A stretch of 63,359 nucleotides of DNA, the filler included, from Rhabdomonas costata (lineage: Eukaryota): the NCBI GenBank assembly GCA_019059605.1. It is 49 parts of 49 records of this genome, joined end to end, with 100 filler letters (N's around TTAATTAATTAA, not from the genome) between each part and the next. Parts side by side here need not be neighbours in the genome. Positions count along the whole stretch, not along the records: positions 10,363 to 11,558 come from JAHMHO010024058.1; positions 11,659 to 12,854 come from JAHMHO010024059.1; positions 12,955 to 14,151 come from JAHMHO010024060.1; positions 14,252 to 15,445 come from JAHMHO010024061.1; positions 15,546 to 16,740 come from JAHMHO010024062.1; positions 16,841 to 18,036 come from JAHMHO010024063.1; positions 18,137 to 19,331 come from JAHMHO010024064.1; positions 19,432 to 20,623 come from JAHMHO010024065.1; 41 more parts are not named here. One strand, written 5' to 3'. Position numbers and translations under genes: made by a program. Shown piece by piece: positions 11,552 through 20,908 of the stretch (positions are counted from its first letter, which is position 1; the number at the start of each line of letters is the position of its first letter). Below the pieces are notes generated by a model. That model was given only the letters and a program-made list of their open reading frames with translations. It was not told where the DNA came from and made no database searches.

Positions 11552-12398
11552 CCCCAACNNNNNNNNNNNNNNNNNNNNNNNNNNNNNNNNNNNNNNNNNN
11601 NNTTAATTAATTAANNNNNNNNNNNNNNNNNNNNNNNNNNNNNNNNNNNNNNNNNNNNTGTGTTGTTGGGATATCCTCTGTTTTCAAAGCACTGCTGGTT
11701 GGGGCACTGCTGTTTTCGTGAGGGACTCGTATTCCTGTGATGAGTGGAGCGTCTCCTTTTAATTCCAACTTTTAAGGGTCTGACCACGGCCACAGGCAAT
11801 GTTTCGGTCTCATCCCTCCTTGGCGTGAACTCTACACAGTGCCTGATCCGAGTGCAGTATCAGAACCTGAAGTGGGTGCAGATCACACTGCACAACTTCC
11901 ACTATGGTTCTGACAGTCGTCCTCTTTGCTCAGGTGCTCTGCAGCCTTTGGGGTTTTGTTTTCCTTTACCATTTTGTTTCGCCTTTAGGGGGGGTCGTTT
12001 TTGCCCTCCTTCAGCTTCAGCCCACCTTTTGTTGGATGGATTGATATGGTTGCGATCCTTTTCTCACTACTGTGTCATTTTCTTGTGACACAATGATGCG
12101 CAAGGCGGGAGCAATTGAGTTGAGGGAGATGATGCGATGGAATGTCAATGGGAATCGCGATGATTGGATCTGGGTGGACACCTCTTCATTCAGCAGCGTT
12201 CGAAATTCAGCTCACACGACATTTGTCGAAGGATTGTGTCCCGGGCACAAAGTGACCAAGAAGCAGTCGTTGTATCAAACCCTAACCCTAAACTGATGTT
12301 TGGATTGATGAAGGTTGGTGAAGATTGGCGTGCGACGGGATGCGTGCGTTTGGGCCGCTGTGCTCGGAAACCTTTCTGGTCGTCGCTTCCGCTCTCAG

Positions 12399-12541
12399 GC
12401 GCGTGCGTGCTGAAGGTTTCCTCGAGCTGGGGGGCATCCGAGCGGTCGGTGCTGGTGGTGTCTCGGGTGCTCACGCCTGCCGTGGAGGCGGGGCAGCCCT
12501 GCCCCCCGGGGTGCACCCCGTGGCTGGGGCTGAAGCTGCAG
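12399..12541 (+). CDS. Probable exon, unknown protein
   Basis: GC-rich open segment bounded by CAG and GT. Confidence 0.3.
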
Positions 12542-12777
12542 GTCCGGGTGTGGTGGTCCGGGGTTCTGATGCTTTGCCTGGGGCTACAGGCCCTGGTCAC
12601 CATGGGGCTGCTGCTGAGCATCCTCACTCCTCTGCGTTCGTATGAATACTTTTTGGGTGGGGGTGACCATCAACGACATCAAATAATAAGCAAAATGAGT
12701 GTTTTGGGTTTGATGAGCTGGTGAGCACGTGGTGCTGTTCTGGCACGTGTTTTGCATGTGTTTTACATGGTATGTGT

Positions 12778-12848
12778 GTGGAACTTTGTGCGGCACGAAC
12801 GTGGCAGAAGTATGACGATTGCATCGTTCGTGCCGCACAAAGTTCCAC
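12778..12848. repeat. Perfect 24-bp inverted repeat at contig end (probable fold-back)
   Basis: 12778-12801 is the reverse complement of 12825-12848. Confidence 0.8.
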
Positions 12849-13320
12849 CCAAAANNNNNNNNNNNNNNNNNNNNNNNNNNNNNNNNNNNNNNNNNNNNTT
12901 AATTAATTAANNNNNNNNNNNNNNNNNNNNNNNNNNNNNNNNNNNNNNNNNNNNGGTGTTGTGGAGGCTTGGGCCAAAGCCTGTAAAGTTGTTTTTGAGA
13001 TTGTGTTAGGCTACCAGCTTTTGTTAATGGTGCAGCCTTTTGTGAACTTGAAGATGAAGAGTAATAATTGAGCTAAAAGGAAACGTTTTTGAGATACATG
13101 CACTATAAGCGCCATAATTTTTCTTTCTGCCCTCAGGTAAAAAGTGACACGCGGCAGTGAAAATGGCGCAGCGGTATTGGAAACGCTGGTGGAGGAAGTG
13201 CTGAAAGACTCTTCGGTGCGCTCAGACTTAAAGAGCCGTGGAGAAAAGATCACACACAGCGGAGTACAAGAGAGAGTTAGCGGCAAATTTATTTCCATGT
13301 CGGAAATTTGTGAAAAAGTT

Positions 13321-13740
13321 GATCTAATAGAGCCAGCGACATTGTTGTGTGTAGCGAGGTGTGTGGCGAGAGTGTTGTTAGTTTCTACGGAAAACCAAAA
13401 GCTGAGGCTGTGCGTGTACTACCGCCATCCAAATGCAATCGCAGTGAAGGACTAAGACACGTTGCCGAGAATGGATGAGATAATTGACATGGAGGTTCAT
13501 TGAACTTGGTTCACAAAATTAGTTTTGTATTCAGGGTTTCACAGAATTTACCAGGAAATGGCATAAAGGGACCACTGATGCCGAGGGCAGTGGTACCATT
13601 TTCCATTTAAAGCTGATAACATATAACACATTTGCGCATTCCAAAGACCACGGGGAGAGTGACTGGCTTCAATACAAAACGATGTTGATGGATCCAGTTG
13701 GTCCAACCCACTGATGATTCCAGAATATTATGGCGTGGAG
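13321..13740 (+). mobile_element. Decayed Ty3/Gypsy LTR-retrotransposon reverse transcriptase fragment
   Basis: VLLVSTENQKLRLCVYYRHPNAIAVKD*DTLPRMDEIIDMEVH*TWFTKLVLYSGFHRI follows the Gypsy RT consensus (LRLCVDYRxLN..KDxYPLPRIDE..FTKLDLxSGFHQI); later YKTMLM...FQNIM resembles the MPFGL...FQRLM block; several stops. Confidence 0.8.
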
Positions 13741-14343
13741 TTGACGAAAAGTAGATGGAACCGAAGAAGGTGGCGATTACCCATCCCAATTGGTTCCAGT
13801 GCAGGCGGATGAAAAGAGACACAGAAGATGCTGATGGAATAGAGTTGTTTCCATAGAACTGGAATTTGACCCAACAATGGTAGAGTGTCTCAGAGAGACG
13901 TCATCAGTCACGTCGTACGTCTCAGAAACGCCGGAGTTTCTGAATGGTCGCCACAGTCGTTTTATATGGTGCGCCGTATTGAGAAAACGACCTCAAGGTG
14001 GCAAAGCATGGTATGACGAGGGGTTGTTTGGTCTGATTCGTTATGGAACTCCTATGCGGACGTCCGCTTGAGGTTTCTTTGCACAAAAGGGTCCTTTTGG
14101 GCTGTTTTGAGGTATCTCAAAACTGGCGAAGCATGGTCAATAGGAGACTTTNNNNNNNNNNNNNNNNNNNNNNNNNNNNNNNNNNNNNNNNNNNNTTAAT
14201 TAATTAANNNNNNNNNNNNNNNNNNNNNNNNNNNNNNNNNNNNNNNNNNNNGGGTGTGGGGGGCACACTGCAGCAGACAATTCGCTACCGAACAGCGTCT
14301 CTCGTGTAAAGAAGGAAAAGAGAACCCAAAGATAAATCGAAAC

Positions 14344-15287
14344 CTGCCACGCTGCGGCCTCTTCCTGCGTCAGCCGTAGCAGCACCTGCAGCTCGTCACA
14401 CATCTTCCGCAGCTGCCGCTCCGAGTCTCCAGCAGCCTGCACGCCGACGATATATAACTCAATGTGGGGTGCTCATTCAAAACAGTTCAAATATCGATGT
14501 GACCGATTCAAAGACCAATGTAGGGCAGTTCAAATGCAACTCTTTTCAGACCACCCCCGACTTTTTCCTACTCAAGAACTTTTTTATACCTTTTTACGTA
14601 TTTTTCAACCTGTCATCTGTAATTTAGTTACGTGCATGCATTTTCCAAGAAGTGACCTCCCCGCCCACTTTTCACCAATGGTCGTTCTTCCATGCGTTTT
14701 TTTGGTTCCCCTCTCGATCTTGCACTCTCTTTCCCCTGTGTGCTCTTCTTGCTCCGATTTGAGAGCTCTGTTCCCCAAAGTTTTGGTGTTACTCCATCAT
14801 TCCATCTCTCTATTATTTTCTTGATGTTCCACACCGCTGATGCTACTTTTTTTACTCTCTTTGAGATGGACCTTCTGCAGCTCTTTTTTTTTTGCCTTGC
14901 TCACTTGTTAACTTGATGAATTGCCACGAGAGGCCACTTCTTTCAAAAGAAAAACTTGTCTTTTTCGTTTTTGGTTGATGATTCTTGTGCTCCTTTCTAC
15001 GCCATTCCACCTGCTTTTGTACATAGTGCACTTTTGAGACTCCGCAGCCCCCTTTTTTCCCGCTTTATTGCTGTGAAGGATGTTTGTTTCGCGTCCTAAA
15101 AAAAAACTCAAGAAGAACATGGCAACTCCTGATAAACGCATTGTCTCCAGTGAAAAAGTCCATGCTCGTGCATGCCCTAGAATTTAAGCAGTTCAACACA
15201 AAAGCAAACCTCGAGAGACTTCGCCAGCTGATCTCGTTCGGCTTGGATCTGGCTACGCTGCAGCAGAGCTTCCGCCAGCGCTTTGTC
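14344..15287 (-). CDS. Two exons (15287-15210, 14436-14344) of a coiled-coil protein
   Basis: DKALAEALLQRSQIQAERDQLAKSLE and AAGDSERQLRKMCDELQVLLRLTQEEAAAWQ, both bounded by CAG/GT in phase 0. Confidence 0.6.
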
Positions 15288-15838
15288 CTGTAAAGCAAGA
15301 TAAAATGGGCGCCAGTGTTCTCGTCGCATTTCCAGAAAAATCCAGAAAAAATCATTAATTAGAACAACACGAGAAGACATCGGGAAGACTTTTCTAACTC
15401 CCACCAACGGGGCACCACAAAATAATACCGATAAAAACCAAAACANNNNNNNNNNNNNNNNNNNNNNNNNNNNNNNNNNNNNNNNNNNNTTAATTAATTA
15501 ANNNNNNNNNNNNNNNNNNNNNNNNNNNNNNNNNNNNNNNNNNNNGGTGGTGTGTTTGATGGTTGGATCAACAGCGGTATCTCGCCCGCCAGTCCAGTGT
15601 GACAGCAGGAGGTCCGCGGGCCGTTCCCGACCCTGAACCTGGACCTCTGTGTCCAAGGAGGCCGACATTTTCCGCAATTTTCGCGACAGCCAAACACGTC
15701 CAGGGGCTGACCGCAAAAATCACAGGGAGGGATTTTTACCCTTTTGGCAAAGCAAATCCCATGTGCTTTCCGCAAAAGTTGATTGCCGTGAGTTACAGGT
15801 CTTCTTCTTTTTTCTCTTGGTCTTTGTTGTGGAGGGCT

Positions 15839-16543
15839 ATGTCGAAAGTCGATGGCAAAGCTTCAGCTACGGGCATTTCGGGGAGTCGGGATGTCAAGGC
15901 CCAGGCCCGTGAACAAGCTCGAGCTGCGCAAAAGCAAGATCGTTTGGATTGTCAGCTCCAACCAGAAAATCTACAGATCTTCGAGGGAGTCAAATTCCAC
16001 GTGCCCTATTTGATCAAAGTAATCGGTATCCCGAACTTTTTTTCTTTCTTCATGGACATTGAGGGTTTGTGAGATTTAGATTCTCACTCGTTGGAATGGT
16101 CACTGGACTTCACTGTCCTTGATTTTCTTTCATTCTTCCTTTGCCTTTGGTGTGTGCATTCATGACCGAAATCGAGCGAGAAAGCACACAATGGAACAAG
16201 CGCGATTCGAGGGAGACAAGTCTCCTTAATGAGTTGCTGAGGGATTGGGCTCACGATTGTCCGGTTCGGAACTTCTTTTTGCTCAAGCGCATTTTCTTGT
16301 CGTCTTGCAGGTCCTGGTACCATCCAAACTTCAGTCCAGGTTTTGATTGATTCGGTATTCCAAGAAGTGGAAAGGGCATTCAGCTACAGTCCCTCCTCTG
16401 AGGTTTCTGCCATCAACAAACTTCCCGCCGGTCGACCCATGACAATTTCTCCAGCCATGCGTGAGGTTCTCACCTGCGTCAACGTGGTGCACTCCCGAAG
16501 CAACGGCCTGTTCGAGCCAACTGTGTATCCTTTGTCCCAGTGT
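15839..16543 (+). CDS. N-terminus of a trypanosomatid-type NADH-dependent fumarate reductase-like protein (flavinylation motif + ApbE flavin transferase domain); exons 15839-16025 and 16311-~16543
   Basis: Spliced MSKVDGKASAT...AQAREQARAAQ...VPYLIKVIGPGT...VFQEVERAFSYSPSSEVSAINKLPAGRPMTISPAMREVLTCVNVVHSRSNGLFEPTVYPL; ApbE motifs SEVSxIN and GxF(D/E)PTV; colinear with the Trypanosoma FRD N-terminus as recalled (VDGRSSAS...VPYALKV...NSEVS). Confidence 0.8.
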
Positions 16544-16840
16544 GTAAAGTGTTTTCGTCACCTTGTTCAGCGATATTGCTTGGCTTCTTGCTTTCATTTT
16601 TACTGGATTTTCGTGAGGGGCAAGGATGTGCTGTGTACCTCTCTGCCCGTTTGTACGGGCAGGCGTGTTCTTCACACGTGACCTTTAACGTCCAGGGCCA
16701 CGCCCTCGTTTTTGGTTATACTTCACCTATCCCCCCCAACNNNNNNNNNNNNNNNNNNNNNNNNNNNNNNNNNNNNNNNNNNNNTTAATTAATTAANNNN
16801 NNNNNNNNNNNNNNNNNNNNNNNNNNNNNNNNNNNNNNNN

Positions 16841-16962
16841 CCTCCCGCAGCCCGATGGGCTCCCAGTAGTTCCAGTCGTTGATCGACGTGCTGGCCACGG
16901 CCATGGTCCACACCATCAGCCAGAAGATCGTGCCCGCCGCCCCGGCGTGCTTCTTCGTCATG
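16841..16962 (-). CDS. Exon of unknown membrane protein
   Basis: After a TAACAG acceptor: MTKKHAGAAGTIFWLMVWTMAVASTSINDWNYWEPIGLRE, with high third-position GC. Confidence 0.55.
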
Positions 16963-17857
16963 CTGTTAAAAAGTCCGGCAGCACGGTTCATCATTTTTGT
17001 GGCCTTCCTGCTCTGGGGTAGAAAGAATGCTGCGGGGGATGACTAAGGAGGTGCCAGGAAATGCGTATAAGATGAAGTTACAAGGTGACGAATCTAACTG
17101 GATCGCTAAAGCATTAACCAGCTGTTGCACAAAAGAGTCTGATACCACGAGTCTTCCCTCACGATAACAAAAACGTGAGGCTTAGTACATGTGCCCAGAA
17201 AGGAGCTTTTCAGTCATCTGGCGCCTTCTAGAAATACTACGGCCCGGACAATTCTGAAAAAGGTTTACACCGGTTAATTGTGATGCGTGCAGATCCTCGC
17301 TATTTGACAGCACCCGCGATTCGTTTCTTCACAATCGGATCAGAGATTCTGGCATATGCGCATTCGGTCTAAGAGTCTGCACGTGCAATTTTTTTTAAAC
17401 ATCCCGAAACTCAGCAATGAAATGAAGCCCCCAGCACAGGAAAAAGAGGTTTCTCCCGCCAGGCAACCGGGTGCTCATCTTGTTTGAAAGTAATCAACAT
17501 TGACCACAACAAAGGCACAGCAACACAGCACAGAGCTCAGAACAGTCTCCGCTCGTTAGCCGCGGCACAAGGCCAGAGAGCCTCGCGTGTTGGCCAATAC
17601 CAACAAAAAACACGGACCAAGCAACATCCCCTCAGAGAGCGAGACTGCACGTCACCAGGGACACACCCGCAGGGAACCCTCTAGTGCATAAAGATGTGTG
17701 CTGTGTGTGGCACACAAGGTTAGCCGGCGATGGCGCCGAAGCAAGTGGAAGAAGTAACCTGGACCCATTTATCGCCGCCCAACCAGATTTCGTCTGCACC
17801 GTTCGGTTGCATTTACGGAAATCGACAACGCAGGGCACCGAACAGGGCGAAAACGCC

Positions 17858-17879
17858 TAATTAATTAATTAATTAATTA
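17858..17879. repeat. (TAAT)n microsatellite
   Basis: TAATTAATTAATTAATTAATTA without flanking N. Confidence 0.8.
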
Positions 17880-18870
17880 CTGAAACCGCACAACCAGGTC
17901 CGGCTGAAACCTCTGGTATCATCATCATCACGGCAGGAATGCAAACGAATAAGAAATCGTTCTACCTGCAGATATAAAACTCCATTCAGCATCCCTCATA
18001 TTCCACTACATATCTAACTGTAAACTCCAAACAACANNNNNNNNNNNNNNNNNNNNNNNNNNNNNNNNNNNNNNNNNNNNTTAATTAATTAANNNNNNNN
18101 NNNNNNNNNNNNNNNNNNNNNNNNNNNNNNNNNNNNTTGGTGTGTCACTCCCTTTGCAGAATTACGGCCATAAGCTACCCGTGCTATGTTTGTTTATTTG
18201 CGTGTGGGTGATTTGAGCCAGAGCTCCAAAGTTTTATCCTGCCAACTTCACAGGCAGTGCATCAGGCAGTGTATGGAGTCAAGGGAGAGTCCAGAGGGAA
18301 TGGGTTCAGTTAGGCTGGAAAATACATCGTACATGCAGCATGCTGTGATGACCTCCGTGGATTCAGGACAAAATCATCGGATATAAAAGGACCAAATCGG
18401 TTGGCAGATTTGGGCGGGTTGGGGGGGGGGGTATTAATATAATCAAAAAACAACAGCACAGCGGCATTCTTGCACCTGCTTAGGGGTCAGCTGCAGAATG
18501 CTGTGGGCAAGCTTCGGGATGGGCATCACCGCCCGAGTGAAGAGCTCACGGCACAGTCCGACTGTATCCGTGCCTGCAGTGGTTGGGAAAAACAAAGAAA
18601 AACAAGTCCCACCATTTCGTTTTGGAACGTCATTGGAGGCCAAATATTCTATTACTTAATAATACACGTAACCCTGGTAGAGGGCTAAGCCGAAGCAATG
18701 CTACTAATACTGCACTACTACTAATATTAATTACAAAAATACAATTTCCGTCTCAGGTTTCGGGGTCGGACCGTCCTGACACACTTATCTAGCTGGGACA
18801 CGGGGGTGGGAAAGTGGTCATGAAGAGATGGTGCGAATAAAAAGGTCAGGGAGACAGGGAGGGATGCCAC

Positions 18871-19268
18871 CAATCAGCGCCTCCACAGCGAGCTGGCTGC
18901 GCAGCCATTCCGCGATTAGCTCCAGCCGCCCACTGTGGAAGTACACCGCGAGTAGCAGCACGGGCTCCGCGGCGTGAGCCTGGGTCTGGAAGGCCCGCAG
19001 AACCCCCGACGCGGCGGAGGCCTGGGTCGGGCAAAATGCGGAGGCACGGTGGCAGAGACCCCTTAATCAACGCCCCAAAAAATTGATCGGCAATGTGTTG
19101 TCACACCTCTTACATCCCTGTTTGCATCGATTATGGGGCTCGCGGGGACAAAACTGCGAGTGTTCGATAGGTCGAAGCGGAAAGAAGGACGAGGTTATTG
19201 AGACCTGGGCGGTTGGGCCGCAGTGAGGGACGCAGAGCACGCAGTAGCACAGGTACAAGTTGAAGATC
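18871..19268 (-). CDS. Two exons (19268-19205, 19021-18871); possible Integrator subunit 2-like protein
   Basis: Spliced IFNLYLCYCVLCVPHCGPTAQASAASGVLRAFQTQAHAAEPVLLLAVYFHSGRLELIAEWLRSQL; LLLAVYFHSxxL resembles the INTS2 block LLLVAMYFHSNQL as recalled. Confidence 0.45.
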
Positions 19269-20209
19269 CTGTGTAGCCAGGAGATAAAGTGAGGAGGTCT
19301 CTCCATATGAATCGGATCCAACTTCCAACCCNNNNNNNNNNNNNNNNNNNNNNNNNNNNNNNNNNNNNNNNNNNNTTAATTAATTAANNNNNNNNNNNNN
19401 NNNNNNNNNNNNNNNNNNNNNNNNNNNNNNNTTTGTGTTACGTTTTGTAGGTGCGGATGGTCCGGAAGGTCGGACGTGAAACGAAAATCTCCTCCCAGCT
19501 ATTCGCGTTGTTTTTCCCCCTTAATAGTTTGAACAAAATCCTTCACCTCATACCGCCGCACAAGAATTTGTAAAATCAAAACGCATCACCCTGTTTCCAT
19601 TTTTCCTTCTTGAATTTTTTCCCACCAATATTTTATGCTATCCCGCAAAAGCTGTGGATCGAGCTCTGAATTTTAGAAGTGGTTGCGGGTCCGCTCCCCA
19701 AAACTGTCTATTCGGGTTCTGTTTTGTTGCTTGGAACCTGGGCTGATGCAAAAGCACTAACAAAACAGACGAAAATCCTCCAGCATAAAACGTTCCGGGA
19801 AACGGCGCCAAAGGGCGAGCGATGAAGGCCGATACATTTTGGAGCCGTCGGGCAAACCGGGCGCGTCAGAGTTTGGTGAATCCTTGATCTCGAACTGGAA
19901 GTGTCAGTATAACCACGCCCGCGCGCCAGTAAACGGTTGGCCTTAAAACCCCTTGCGACTGATCGCTTCTTCGGTGCTCTCTCCTCGATCTAATGTTCAA
20001 TTACATCGGGAACCATCCCACCGCTTTTGCACGCATCCTCGCGTTCCTGTGAAATTGCCGCCTTTTACCCCCGCTTTAAAATTGATTCAGACATACAGTC
20101 GACAGGTCTAACAGCAACCACGGAAAGGTTCACTGACGGTTTCCAGTGAACACAAAGCGTCCCGTTCTGCGAGAAACACCAACCACTCTTCAATGACAAC
20201 TTCCCCGGC

Positions 20210-20446
20210 TCACTGCTGGGCAACAATCCTCTTAAAAAGGTCGATCGTGGGCACCGCAGTGGGGTCCTGGCCAGCAAGCACTGCCACGTAACAGGAGATG
20301 TAGTCCCCCAGCACCACTACAGACATCAGCCGCGCCAGAAGGCCCTGAGCTTGCTCTGCCGGGCGTAGCTCCACGCACGCCCCAGCACGCTCCTGCAGCA
20401 TCGCCTTTGTGGCAGCCCAGCGCCTGGCAATGGCAGGAGTCTCATC
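20210..20446 (-). CDS. Terminal exon of prokaryote-type bifunctional phosphoglucose/phosphomannose isomerase (C-terminal SIS domain)
   Basis: LLARLMSVVVLGDYISCYVAVLAGQDPTAVPTIDLFKRIVAQQ* matches LARLxSLxxLGDYxSxYLAxxxGxDPxxVxxIxxxK; preceded by a pyrimidine tract and AG. Confidence 0.8.
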   Translation of the reverse strand, partial: DETPAIARRWAATKAMLQERAGACVELRPAEQAQGLLARLMSVVVLGDYISCYVAVLAGQDPTAVPTIDLFKRIVAQQ

Positions 20447-20723
20447 CTTTTTCGGGGGAGGAAAAACCGACAATCAAGTGGCCCGCCACTGCCAGATATC
20501 AAATTTGTTAATATGAGGTTCGTTACCTCACTTGCCACTGCATAGTCGTCGTTGCAGAGTATTTATCACACGAATATCATGGATAAGCATCTCACCTGAC
20601 GTTTTTCTTTGCTTTGCAACTACNNNNNNNNNNNNNNNNNNNNNNNNNNNNNNNNNNNNNNNNNNNNTTAATTAATTAANNNNNNNNNNNNNNNNNNNNN
20701 NNNNNNNNNNNNNNNNNNNNNNN

Positions 20724-20908
20724 GTCACCAGGTTCCACACCGCCAGCCTGAGCGTGGACCCCGGTACCAGCGCGAAGAAGGGCAGCAGCGGGTGCACCAC
20801 GGCGCAGGCCAGCCCGGCCGCCACTGCGCCCACCACCACTCTCCGCGAGGTCTCCGGGAAGCTCCTCCAGATCAGCTGAGCCCGCTCTGAGGCGCTGTAG
20901 TCGTCCAT
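20724..20908 (-). CDS. N-terminus of TMEM115/rhomboid-like membrane protein
   Basis: MDDYSASERAQLIWRSFPETSRRVVVGAVAAGLACAVVHPLLPFFALVPGSTLRLAVWNLVT; the ALxPxxT...WNLxT motif is typical of TMEM115-type inactive rhomboids. Confidence 0.6.

Noticed and set aside
17858-17879. Hidden assembly linker
   Set aside because: Longer than 12 nt and without N flanks; treated as a microsatellite
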